NCBI GenBank assembly: GCA_031364845.1
Contig: JANLWX010000216.1
Coordinates: 1 to 33,602, forward strand
Direction of reading: 5' to 3'
Length of the DNA: 33,602 bases
Source: Candidatus Eiseniibacteriota bacterium
GTDB taxonomy: Bacteria > Eisenbacteria > RBG-16-71-46
Positions 7,802-16,878 of this stretch are shown one piece after another (positions within the stretch are counted from its first letter, which is position 1; each line of letters opens with the position of its first letter). The translations under genes and the position numbers were made by a program. The notes beneath the pieces were generated by a model. The model saw nothing but the letters and a program-made list of their open reading frames with translations, searched no databases and was not told where the DNA came from.

Positions 7802-8802
7802 CGGGTGCGACGCACGGCGTAGTCGATCGCGCGGTCGAGAGCGCGCCGGGTTTCACGAACGTCCGCGCCCGATCCGTTCCCCGACAACTCGCCGTTGGCG
7901 AACGTCCGGGCATGATCGGCGAGTTCGAGCGCGCGATTCTGCGCATACTCGAATCCGCCGGCACGCTCCATGATCTGTTTGAGTGCGGTCCACTGCCCGG
8001 GGGTCCAGCGCTTGCGTCCTGCCAGCGCCTTCAACTTCTTCCGGTCGGCGTCGGTCGCATTGCGCAGCGCGGCGATCAGCGGCAGCGTGATCTTGCCTTC
8101 GGCGAGATCGCTGCCGACCGGCTTGCCGGTCACTTCCGGATCGCCGTGATAGTCGAGCAGGTCATCGACGATCTGGAACGCGATGCCGATCGCCTCACCG
8201 AATCGACGGAACTGTTCGCGCGCTTTACGGTCACGGCCGCCGCCGTTCACCCCCGCGCCGATCTCGGCCGCAGCACCAATCAGCGAGCCGGTCTTCGAAC
8301 GCACCAGCTCTTCGTACTGCGCTTCGGTCACATTAAGATCGTTCGCGTGCTGGAACTCGAGCGCCTCGCCGCACGACATCTCGGCCACCACGCGCGCCAT
8401 CACTTCCATGGCGAGGCCGAGCTTGTGACGGACGAGCATCGCCATCGACTGGGCATAGAGGTAGTCACCCATGATGATCGCCATCTCGTCGGTCCACAGT
8501 CCGTTGACCGTGGGCCGTCCGCGGCGCAACGCGCTGCCGTCCACCGAGTCGTCGTGGATGAGTGCCGCCGCGTGGACCATCTCGATCACGGTCGCGCAGC
8601 GGATCGCGTCCTCGCCGAGGTGCCCGCGCAGTTTCGCGACCAGCAGCAGCAGCGTCGGGCGGTATTTCTTGCCGCGCGTCGCGAGCACGTGGCCCCCGAC
8701 CTGATTCATGATCGGAATCGGGGTGCGGAAGGATTCGCGCAATAGCGTCTGAACCTGCGCGAGCTCGCGCCGCACGGGTTTCTGGACTGCGATCATCGAC
8801 AT
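7798..8802 (-). CDS. polyprenyl diphosphate synthase
   Basis: GKKYRP, first Asp-rich motif LIHDDSVD...RRG, GDYL, KTG, second motif FQIVDDLLD, GKPVGSDL-EGKITLP. Confidence 0.93.
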   Translation of the reverse strand: MSMIAVQKPVRRELAQVQTLLRESFRTPIPIMNQVGGHVLATRGKKYRPTLLLLVAKLRGHLGEDAIRCATVIEMVHAAALIHDDSVDGSALRRGRPTVNGLWTDEMAIIMGDYLYAQSMAMLVRHKLGLAMEVMARVVAEMSCGEALEFQHANDLNVTEAQYEELVRSKTGSLIGAAAEIGAGVNGGGRDRKAREQFRRFGEAIGIAFQIVDDLLDYHGDPEVTGKPVGSDLAEGKITLPLIAALRNATDADRKKLKALAGRKRWTPGQWTALKQIMERAGGFEYAQNRALELADHARTFANGELSGNGSGADVRETRRALDRAIDYAVRRTR

Positions 8803-8857
8803 AAATCAGGGTTTCTCGGGCAGGAACGAAGGTGGCCGGTGAGCACGGAAGGCGCGG

Positions 8858-8887
8858 AGGATACGGGCCGCCCGCGAGGAGTGTCAA
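8858..8887 (-). promoter_or_regulatory. sigma70-like promoter TTGACA-N18-TATCCT upstream of the polyprenyl synthase
   Basis: Consensus -35 at 8887-8882 and TAnnnT -10 at 8863-8858. Confidence 0.6.
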
Positions 8888-10380
8888 GGACTCGGGGGCT
8901 CTTCGCCTGCATCGTTCAACCGTGGCGACGCGCGATCGCGAGCGCGTTCCTCGAGCTGCGCGAGCAGCAGGTCGCGCTGGTTACGAGTGGGGTCCTCGAG
9001 CACGTCTTCCAGCAACGCGTTCAGCACCTCTCCCACCTCGCGCCCGGGACCCAGGTTGAGCACCTGCATGACATCGTTGCCGTCGACTTCGAGGCCCGCG
9101 ACCTCGAGTGCATGCGACTCCTCGATCAACCGTTCGATGCGCGCGCGCATCGCTTCGAGGTCTGACGGGAAGCCGCGTTTGAGACCGTTGCCGACGTAGT
9201 CGGCGATCCGCAGATCGAACAGATCGGCGACCGCATCGATGCCGACCCGCTTGAGCCAGCGCCGCAGTGCGGCGTCGCTCCACTCCTCGCGGTAGCCGAA
9301 CATGTGCTCGCGCACCAGGTGAACGATCGCCACGCGCTCCTCGTGCGGATGCCGCAGGCGTTCGAGCACGCGATCGGCGATCGCGGCGCCCACGACTTCG
9401 TGCTGATAGAACGTCGCGTCGCCATTGCGGATCTCGCGCGTTGCGGGCTTGCCCAGATCGTGCAGCAGTGCCGCCCACCGCACGCGGGGCTTGTGCGCGG
9501 GTGCTGCATCGCACGTCTCGAGGCTGTGCACGTAGACATCATGGGCGTGATGGCGGTTCTGGAGCACGCCGTAACTTCCCGCGAGTTCGGGCAGCCACAG
9601 CGCGAGCAGGCCGGACTCGCGCAACAGTTCGATTCCCGCCGAGGGGCGTGGTGCGGCGAGCAGGCGGCGGAACTCCTGGCCGACGCGCTCCCATGCGATC
9701 AGCTTTGCACGATCGGCGACCGCGGCGAGTGCCGCGCGCGTCGCGGGTTCGACTTCCATCTCGAGCACCGCCGCCAGCCGCGCCACGCGCAGCGGACGCA
9801 GCGCGTCCTCGCGGAATCGCTCGACCGGATCACCGACCGCGCGCAGCACGCCGCGCGCGAGGTCGAGCGTTCCCGCATACGGATCGAGCATCACCGCACC
9901 CGCCGGATCCCACGCGATCGCGTTCACCGTGAGGTCGCGCCGCGCGAGATCCGCGAGCGGATCGCGCGTGAAGGTGACGTGATCCGGACGCCGCGCGTCG
10001 GCATAGGCGCCTTCGGTGCGGAAGGTCGTGCACTCGGCGCGCAGATCACTTTCGATGACGAGCACGGTGCCGTGGCGCAGCCCGATCGGTTCCACGCGCG
10101 CGAAGCGCCGCATGATTTCCGGCGGCTCGAGATCGGTGGCGATGTCGAGGATCGGATCACCGCGGCGCCCGAGAAGCACGTCGCGCACCGTGCCCCCGAC
10201 CAGATACGCCTGCCCGCCGCCCTCCTGAAGCCGCCCGATCATCGCCCGCGTGCCATCGGGCCACAGATGCCGCTCGAGCGCCTGGCGGGCCGCGCGCCCG
10301 ATCGCCTCGGGGTCGGGGCCGTTCCCGCCGCCGACAACCCGCTCACGTAGCGCCTTCCACCAGCCGATGACTTCCTTCAA
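8884..10380 (-). CDS. cca: class II tRNA nucleotidyltransferase (CCA-adding/polyA polymerase family) with HD domain
   Basis: YLVGGTVRD, HGTV, TTFRTEG-Y-D-RRP, DLARRDLTVNA, RFREDALR, ERVGQE, H...ALLHDLGKP, FYQHE; start codon uncertain (TTG 10380). Confidence 0.85.
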   Translation of the reverse strand: MKEVIGWWKALRERVVGGGNGPDPEAIGRAARQALERHLWPDGTRAMIGRLQEGGGQAYLVGGTVRDVLLGRRGDPILDIATDLEPPEIMRRFARVEPIGLRHGTVLVIESDLRAECTTFRTEGAYADARRPDHVTFTRDPLADLARRDLTVNAIAWDPAGAVMLDPYAGTLDLARGVLRAVGDPVERFREDALRPLRVARLAAVLEMEVEPATRAALAAVADRAKLIAWERVGQEFRRLLAAPRPSAGIELLRESGLLALWLPELAGSYGVLQNRHHAHDVYVHSLETCDAAPAHKPRVRWAALLHDLGKPATREIRNGDATFYQHEVVGAAIADRVLERLRHPHEERVAIVHLVREHMFGYREEWSDAALRRWLKRVGIDAVADLFDLRIADYVGNGLKRGFPSDLEAMRARIERLIEESHALEVAGLEVDGNDVMQVLNLGPGREVGEVLNALLEDVLEDPTRNQRDLLLAQLEERARDRASPRLNDAGEEPPSP

Positions 10381-10407
10381 ACCGTCGATCCCCGAAAGGA
10401 GCCTGCG

Positions 10408-10794
10408 ATGCCGATCACGAAACGCGTACTGATGCTCGTGCTGCTATCGAGCCTGGCTCTGGGGAGTTCCGCCCACGCCGCCGAACCCGAGGCAGCACCC
10501 GCAGCACCTGCAGCACCCGCGGCGCCCGCGTTCCCGGACCACGAAGCGCGGATATGGCAGATGGGCCTCACGCGCTCCGACCGGCTCCAGCATGCCACGT
10601 TTTCGCTCAGCGCCGGACTCATGATCGGGCTCACGGCCGAGGAACCGATCGCCGCCGCCGGAGGAGCGATGGCGTTCGGTCTCGCGAAGGAGTTCTGGGA
10701 CGCGCGCTCCGGCCGCTTCGATGTGCTCGATCTGGTCGCCGATGCGATCGGCGCCGCGGGCGCGTACGCCTCCACGGTCACCCTCACCCGCTGA
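10408..10794 (+). CDS. signal-peptide-bearing membrane protein, YfiM/DUF2279-like
   Basis: AAAGGAG RBS, signal peptide ending SAHA, Ala-Pro linker, DRLQH...GLAKEFWD...DLVADAIG pattern. Confidence 0.7.
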   Translation: MPITKRVLMLVLLSSLALGSSAHAAEPEAAPAAPAAPAAPAFPDHEARIWQMGLTRSDRLQHATFSLSAGLMIGLTAEEPIAAAGGAMAFGLAKEFWDARSGRFDVLDLVADAIGAAGAYASTVTLTR

Positions 10795-10809
10795 ACTCCG
10801 CGTTCCGCA

Positions 10810-11226
10810 TCACGGAACGCCGGGCTTGCCTCCGCCGCTCGAAGGCTCATCATTGTTGTTGCGTCCCGCGGCGTTCAAACCCGCGACCACGACCGCCGCG
10901 AGCGCACTGCCGCCGATCAGGCCGGTGCGATACCAGTCGACCCCGCGGCTCGAGAACTGATCGATGTCCTCGAGCGGCACGCGGTGCGAGGCGAACTCCT
11001 CGAACGCTCCTTCGACGTCGCGCCGGCGGAATCCAACCAGCGTGTCCGCTTCGACGCGGACGTGATCGAATTCGTAGACCAGTCCATCGCGCGTGTGCAC
11101 CCGCACATTCTTGCGTTCGGGCTGTGCGGCGTACTCGCTGCGGGGAATTTCCTTGAGCGCCGTGCAGCCGGTACCGGCGAGCCACAGGGCGCACACGGCC
11201 ACGCGCGCGACATCACGAGATCTCAT
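10810..11226 (-). CDS. putative lipoprotein with C-terminal hydrophobic helix
   Basis: GGAGG RBS, basic N-terminus, hydrophobic stretch and lipobox-like GTG-C; C-terminal TGLIGGSALAAVVVAGL. Confidence 0.7.
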   Translation of the reverse strand: MRSRDVARVAVCALWLAGTGCTALKEIPRSEYAAQPERKNVRVHTRDGLVYEFDHVRVEADTLVGFRRRDVEGAFEEFASHRVPLEDIDQFSSRGVDWYRTGLIGGSALAAVVVAGLNAAGRNNNDEPSSGGGKPGVP

Positions 11227-11319
11227 CAACGACGTTTCCTCCACCGGTCGGGGTGTGCGGACGGGCGGGTTCGCCGCATCCGGCCCGGACAGCTTAGCAG
11301 AAGGTGAAGGAACCTCGCG

Positions 11320-11658
11320 TCACGCCCAGTACAGAACGCGGCAGCAGAACTCGCACAACGTGAGCGCACCGGCCGCGTTCGGCATTCGCGACGTCGGCAG
11401 CGTGATGTGGCAGCCCTGGCACACGCGATCGCGGACCGCGACCAACCCGCGGCCGTAGCGCTGGTTCGAGCGCTCGTAATGGTAGAGCCAGCGGCGCTCG
11501 GCGGTTTCGAGACACGCCGCGCGCGCGCGCGTGAGCGGCGCCAGGCGCTCCATCGAAAGTCCGAGGCGCTTCATCCGCGCGCGGGCGCGCGCGTCGGTGA
11601 GTTCCGCCTCGATCAGATCGAGGTCGTGCAGCCGCAGCAGATCCACCGCTTCGTTCAT
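11320..11658 (-). CDS. short C4-type zinc-ribbon protein (DUF164-like)
   Basis: LLRLHDLD N-terminus, YER...GLVAV, CQGC and CEFC-RVLY; ATGA overlap with the EIIA gene. Confidence 0.8.
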   Translation of the reverse strand: MNEAVDLLRLHDLDLIEAELTDARARARMKRLGLSMERLAPLTRARAACLETAERRWLYHYERSNQRYGRGLVAVRDRVCQGCHITLPTSRMPNAAGALTLCEFCCRVLYWA

Positions 11659-12122
11659 GCCGTCACCTCCCGCAACACGAGTGCTCCGGCTTCGGCGGTC
11701 GCGGCGTCCAGGAGCCTTGCGCGATTCTTCTGGAGCCGCGCACACGTCACGGCACGCGCGACCCAGTCGAGGTGCGCCTCGATCGTGAACTCGCCCGGGG
11801 TGATGACCAGGAACACAAGCTGAACCGGAAGCGCGTCCTCCGCCTTCCAGTCGATGCCGCGGCGCGAACGCGCGACCAGCATGCGGGGTTCGATGACGGC
11901 GATCGAGCGCGCGTGGGGTACAGAGACCGCCTTGCCGATCGCGGTCGAACCGAGCCGTTCGCGCAGGCACAGGGTCTCGACCAGCAACTCGGCTTCGCGG
12001 ACCGCCCCCGCTTCCCGGGCGCGGGCGACCAACTCCTGGAAAACGGATTCCTTCCTGCGAGTTCTCAGGTCGGGAACGAAGAGCGAGGTGTCGAGAACCG
12101 AAGGGTCGAGCATCGTGGGCAT
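11655..12122 (-). CDS. PTS EIIA domain protein (PtsN/fructose-mannitol type)
   Basis: RERLGSTAIGKAVSVPHAR with the phosphorylatable His, GIDW-A-D-PVQLVFL; GGAGGGAG RBS. Confidence 0.9.
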   Translation of the reverse strand: MPTMLDPSVLDTSLFVPDLRTRRKESVFQELVARAREAGAVREAELLVETLCLRERLGSTAIGKAVSVPHARSIAVIEPRMLVARSRRGIDWKAEDALPVQLVFLVITPGEFTIEAHLDWVARAVTCARLQKNRARLLDAATAEAGALVLREVTA

Positions 12123-12206
12123 CGGGGCTCCCTCCGAAACCGGACACTACTCCAACCTCCGGGTGACTTCCATACCCGAGACGTCCGAGCCCTCGATCGG
12201 CGGAAG

Positions 12207-12776
12207 CTATCCCGGCGGCAGTGCGGCGCGCTCCGCGGCCCGGATCCGGCGCCGCTCCCACTCCCGGTGCACCCACCACGCGCCGGCGATTCCGATCAGC
12301 GCCCCGACCACGGCATCGGAGGTGAAGTGCCGGTTGAGGTAAATTCGGGAAGCCGCGATCAGGGTGGCCAATGCCCACAGCGCGGGGGCCGCCCGCCGCC
12401 AGTGGCGCGCGAGCACCGCCGCGATCGCGAAGGCATTGGCGGCGTGACTCGAAGGGAACGACGCATTCGAGCGTTTGTGCTCGCCGTCGGGGCGCGCGCG
12501 GTAGGTCAGACGCTTGAGACCTTCGACCGCGAGGTTGACCGGGATCAGCGTCACGACCGCGAGCCGGGCGGTCGCGACCCCGGGCGTGCCTTCGATCAGG
12601 CACATCGCGAGCAGCATGCCGGCCACCACGCCCCCCTTTCCGATGTCGGAAAGAAAGCGGGCGGGCTTCTGCAACTCGGGACGCCGCGCATCCTGCACCG
12701 CGCGCTGGGCGGCAAGGTCCAACTGCTCGAGCGGGCCCAGGAATGCGAGCACCAGCAGCAGCACGCGGATCGTCAT
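12207..12776 (-). CDS. PAP2-family phosphatase
   Basis: LKRLTYRARP, SFPSSH, SRIYLNRHFTSD motifs; ATGA overlap with batD. Confidence 0.9.
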   Translation of the reverse strand: MTIRVLLLVLAFLGPLEQLDLAAQRAVQDARRPELQKPARFLSDIGKGGVVAGMLLAMCLIEGTPGVATARLAVVTLIPVNLAVEGLKRLTYRARPDGEHKRSNASFPSSHAANAFAIAAVLARHWRRAAPALWALATLIAASRIYLNRHFTSDAVVGALIGIAGAWWVHREWERRRIRAAERAALPPG

Positions 12777-15136
12777 TCGAGTGACTCCACCCCGCGCACC
12801 ACGTCTGCCGGCAGCCAGCCGGACACGCCGCGGCCGACCCACACGATCTGGCGGCCGCCATCCTTGCCCCGCAGGCGGACCACGCGCCCCGGCTCGAGGT
12901 CGATGTCGCTGCCGCCGAGCCGCGTCTCGCGCATCACCACCGCCTCGCCGCTACGGGCGATGGCGAGCGACTGGACCGGCACCACGCACGCGCACGCCGC
13001 GAGCAAGACGGCGCACACGAGACTCGCCAGCCTCCGCGGCCACACGATGCCCGCGGCGAGTCCGAACATGGCGCCGAGCACTCCCCACTCGAGCCGCGTC
13101 ATCGGAATCGAGCGCAGCGGGCTGCCGCTCAGGCCGCCCGCTTCGCGCACGCGGGCCTTCGTCCAGCCGAGCGCGCGGTCGCGTCCGTCTTCGCGCTCGC
13201 CCCGCAGCACCCACAGTGCGGCGGGTGCGACGTCGTCGAATTCCAGCCGGCTCCACGCGAGCCGCGCTGCGAGGCCGGGCGCGCGCGCGCCGTCCTTCCA
13301 CAACGCGCGCCATCCGCGCTCCGCCGCGGCGATGTCGCCGGTGCGCGCGGCGCTCTCGGCGGCGGCGGCCCGCGTGCGACCTGCGTCCGGACCCGCATGC
13401 GGCGCGCCCCACCACGCACACGCTGCCGCCAGTGCCACGGCGGCGATGGCAGCGGCGGGCAACATCCAGCCCGGCCGCGCTCCGGCAACCGCGCCGCGCA
13501 GCGAATCGATCACGCCCGCGCGCACCGCTTCGGGATTGGCGTGGGCGCCTCCGTAGCGGACGGCGGTGATCTCCGAGCGCCACGCCGACACATCGACCCG
13601 GCGTGCTTCGAGCCAGACGCGGGCGCGTTCCGCTTCGGTCCACAGTGCGTCCCCGGCGGCACGACGCACGGCATCGATCAGTCGATCGCGCTCGGCGGCT
13701 TCAGCGCCCGCGCCCGATGGACGGCGCGCGATGCGCGCAAGCACAACCGCAAGACCGAGCAGCGCGCCCGCGCAAGCAATCCACCACGGCTGCGCCGGGC
13801 GCGCGAACGGATCGAGCGGCGCGCGGTTGAACGCCTGCGGAAACTGCGACGTGTGGCCGGCGGGCGACGACGCCGCGGGCCCGACTTCGAGCGTGAGCGG
13901 GGCGAGCGCCGAGGTGCGGTAGGCATGTGCCGCCGGATCGAACCAGCTGAAGGCCGGCGGATCGAGCGCGAGCTGGCCCAGCGAACGCGGCAGCACCGTC
14001 CAGCGAAACGCGCGGCGACCGGTGTTGACGGTGCCGCTCGCAGCGAAGCTGTCTTCGACCGTGCCTGCGAACACTTCGAATCCCTCGGGACGAAATTCCG
14101 GCGTGCGCAGCAGCGGCAGGTTGCCCGAGCCGCGCACATCGAGTCGCACCGTCAGCGGCTGATCCTGCGAGGTTCGCCTTCGGTCCACGCTCCATTGCAG
14201 GCTATAGGTTCCCACGGCTCCTCCGAAACCCGCGGGCGCACCTTCGGGCAGCGGACGCACGCGCACGCGCACCGGATTGCTGCGGATCTCCATCTGCCGC
14301 CGCGCGCCGCCACGGAACCATCCGAATGGGTCGAAGGCCTGTCCCCCAGTCTCCACCACCAGGATCGCCTCGGCGGAACCAACGGTCTGAACCCCCGACA
14401 CCAGCGGATAGAGCCGGGTGCGCGTCTCGGTCACCAGCACCCGCGAACCGCTCTGCGATCCGTAGTACGACTCGGGCTCGCTCGGACTCTCGCCCCAGAA
14501 ACCCGGGGTCGGTGGCGGCGAGTAGCGCGGGTCCTCCGCGAGGGGCTGGCGCTGGACCAGCCGCACACGCATCAACACCGGCTCGCCCACGTAGGGCTCG
14601 CGCGGCGTGACATCGACGATCAGACTCGCGGGTGCGGGGCCGGCGTTCGCGTCGTCGGCGAGACGCGGCGCGCCACCACTGCCGCCGGGCCCGCCCGCCC
14701 CACCGGCATCGGCGCGCAGTGTCAGCGGCGGATGCGTGAACACGTCGTTGCCGACTTTCACGCGAATCGGACCCACAGAGAAGTTGCCCGCCCGTCGCGG
14801 CGCGATCTCGTAGCGAAATGTGACTTCGGAAGAACTGCGTCCGTTGATCCACGAGAAACTCTGCGAGCGTCCGCTTGCGGCAATGTCGAGGTCGGCCGGA
14901 ATCTCGAACTCCGGCGACGACACGGATCCCGAGGCGCCGCGCACCGTCACCAGCAGCGACGTGGTGCTTCCGAGCGCCACCGCGCGCTGAGCGAGTTCCG
15001 CGACGATCTCGACGGCGGCGAACGCATTGCCCGCCGAGAGCATCAGCGCGAGCAGCGTAGTCCCTGCGAGCGCCGCGCGCGTTCCGGCGCACGCGCTTCG
15101 ACATCGCTCGGGCGCCGGGCGCCGGCTACCAGTCAC
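12773..15136 (-). CDS. batD: BatD-family protein with C-terminal BatE-like (TPR/SH3-like) extension
   Basis: Signal peptide, SQSFSWING, PYVGEPV, VRVRPLP...FGGAVG, VRGSGNL, FSWFDP...YRT, TM helices, terminal GWLP. Confidence 0.75.
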   Translation of the reverse strand: MTGSRRPAPERCRSACAGTRAALAGTTLLALMLSAGNAFAAVEIVAELAQRAVALGSTTSLLVTVRGASGSVSSPEFEIPADLDIAASGRSQSFSWINGRSSSEVTFRYEIAPRRAGNFSVGPIRVKVGNDVFTHPPLTLRADAGGAGGPGGSGGAPRLADDANAGPAPASLIVDVTPREPYVGEPVLMRVRLVQRQPLAEDPRYSPPPTPGFWGESPSEPESYYGSQSGSRVLVTETRTRLYPLVSGVQTVGSAEAILVVETGGQAFDPFGWFRGGARRQMEIRSNPVRVRVRPLPEGAPAGFGGAVGTYSLQWSVDRRRTSQDQPLTVRLDVRGSGNLPLLRTPEFRPEGFEVFAGTVEDSFAASGTVNTGRRAFRWTVLPRSLGQLALDPPAFSWFDPAAHAYRTSALAPLTLEVGPAASSPAGHTSQFPQAFNRAPLDPFARPAQPWWIACAGALLGLAVVLARIARRPSGAGAEAAERDRLIDAVRRAAGDALWTEAERARVWLEARRVDVSAWRSEITAVRYGGAHANPEAVRAGVIDSLRGAVAGARPGWMLPAAAIAAVALAAACAWWGAPHAGPDAGRTRAAAAESAARTGDIAAAERGWRALWKDGARAPGLAARLAWSRLEFDDVAPAALWVLRGEREDGRDRALGWTKARVREAGGLSGSPLRSIPMTRLEWGVLGAMFGLAAGIVWPRRLASLVCAVLLAACACVVPVQSLAIARSGEAVVMRETRLGGSDIDLEPGRVVRLRGKDGGRQIVWVGRGVSGWLPADVVRGVESLE

Positions 15137-16850
15137 GGCCGCGCCGTTCCTTCATCACGCGCACCTTGCGCTTGTTCTGCTGTTCCATACGCTGGAGTTC
15201 CTCGAGCGCATTCAGAATCTGATCGGCCTGCGCGCGTTCCATGCCCTGCTGGGGTCGCGGTTGCGGCTGCTCCCCTTCCTGCGGCTGCGGCGCGGCATTG
15301 GGATTGGGCTGCGGATTCTGAGGCTGTGGCTGCGACGGCTGCGGCGAGGGATTCGGCTTGGGCTCGGGCTGCTTCGGCTGCTGCTCGGGATTCTTCTGCT
15401 GTTCTTCCTGGCGGCGCTGCAGCACGACTTCGTAGTTGAACCGCGCGTCGGCATCCTTGGGATCGCGCTCGAGCGCGCGGCGCAACGCCTTCAACGCCGG
15501 ATCGTACTGATTCGCTTCGCCGAGCAGCGTGCCCTGGTTGTAACCAGCAACGCGTCCATTGCGATCATCGCGCGCCGCGAGGTCGTCGAGCTCTTGAATG
15601 CCTTCGGGTCCATGGCCCGCGAGCGCGCGGGCGGTGGCGCGGTTCACCTTCACCGCGGCGGCGGCCTTCGGATCCTTGAGGCGCAGCGTGTAGAGCGACT
15701 CGGCGGCCGCGTACTTTCCGGCTTTGAACGCGCGATCACCTTTCGCCCATGCGCTCTGTGCCTCGACGCGTGCGGCCGGCAGCACGAATGACAGGGCGAT
15801 CAGCGCCGCGACCGCGCGCGTTCCCGCCGCGGACGGAGGAGAGGATTCACGCGAGATGCGGCGGCGGCGGCCGAGTGCCTCGATCACGAGCAGCACGGCG
15901 GCGGCGAGTCCGAACCACATGAAGCGCGCGACCGGACGCTCGATCAGACGGTTGCCGCGCCCGGACGCCGCCACCGCGCCGAGTGAGGCGAGCAGGCGCG
16001 GCAGTTCGCCGCCGGGACGCGAGGCGGAGAAGTATCCGCCGCGGGTGCGCCGCGCGAGCTGCCGCAGCAACGCATCGTCGAGCCGGCTGCGCACCGCCGC
16101 ACCGTTTTCGTCGCGCTTGATGTCGGAGACGCGTCCGTGATCGTCCACCACGGGCACCACGTCACCGGCCGGAGTGCCGACGCCGATCGCGAACACGCGC
16201 ACGCCGCTGCGCACGGCATCTTCGACCGCGGCGGCGGCGCCCTGCTCCAGGTCTTCGCCATCGGTCCACAGCACGATCACCTGCTCGTCGCGCCTGCCGT
16301 TGGGCAGCAACCGCAATGCGGTGCGCAATCCCTTGCCGAGATCGGTGCCCGGTTCCGCGACCGCGAGGCTCGACAATCCTTCCACAGTGAGGCGCGCGGC
16401 GGCACGGTCGAGCGTCGGCGGGCACAGGCGGATCGCCTCGCCCGCGAACGCGACCACGCCGAAGCGGCTGCCGCCCAGCCGGTCGATCACGGCGAGCGCT
16501 TCGCGCCGCGCCTCGTCGAGCCGGCTCGGCGGCACGTCGCGCGCATCCATGCTCGCCGACACATCGACCACCAGCACGACATCCGACCCCGTCGATCCGC
16601 GCCGCACGACTTCGCGTCCCCACTCGGGCCGCGCCGCGCCCACGATCAGCAGTGCGGCCGCCCCGATCCGCAACAGCGCTCCCATCGCGCGCTGGCGCGG
16701 GCGCACCTGCGCCAGCAGCGCACCGTCGAGCCGCGTGCCGACCAGGCGGCCGAGTGCCGCGCGCCGGCGGCGCGCGGCGAGCCACTCGAGCAGCGCGAAC
16801 AGCGGCAGCGCCGCCAGCGCCCACAACCACCGCGGATCGCCGAAAGTCAT
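15126..16850 (-). CDS. VWA domain + TPR protein (BatB-BatC fusion)
   Basis: ARPEWG, MIDAS DVSASM, SRLDEA, GTDLG, TDGED; TPR YNQG...ALERDP-DADARFNYE; Q/P-rich linker; terminal DW. Confidence 0.85.
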   Translation of the reverse strand: MTFGDPRWLWALAALPLFALLEWLAARRRRAALGRLVGTRLDGALLAQVRPRQRAMGALLRIGAAALLIVGAARPEWGREVVRRGSTGSDVVLVVDVSASMDARDVPPSRLDEARREALAVIDRLGGSRFGVVAFAGEAIRLCPPTLDRAAARLTVEGLSSLAVAEPGTDLGKGLRTALRLLPNGRRDEQVIVLWTDGEDLEQGAAAAVEDAVRSGVRVFAIGVGTPAGDVVPVVDDHGRVSDIKRDENGAAVRSRLDDALLRQLARRTRGGYFSASRPGGELPRLLASLGAVAASGRGNRLIERPVARFMWFGLAAAVLLVIEALGRRRRISRESSPPSAAGTRAVAALIALSFVLPAARVEAQSAWAKGDRAFKAGKYAAAESLYTLRLKDPKAAAAVKVNRATARALAGHGPEGIQELDDLAARDDRNGRVAGYNQGTLLGEANQYDPALKALRRALERDPKDADARFNYEVVLQRRQEEQQKNPEQQPKQPEPKPNPSPQPSQPQPQNPQPNPNAAPQPQEGEQPQPRPQQGMERAQADQILNALEELQRMEQQNKRKVRVMKERRGRDW

Positions 16851-16878
16851 GCTCTCCTCCCGAAACCAACACGGTTCG

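Noticed and set aside
10492..10527. Four tandem 9-bp units GCAGCACCC
   Set aside because: Simply encodes an Ala-Ala-Pro linker
15250..15420. Repetitive GGCTGC-rich tract
   Set aside because: Encodes the Gln/Pro-rich linker usual in BatC-like proteins; not a CRISPR array or DNA repeat element
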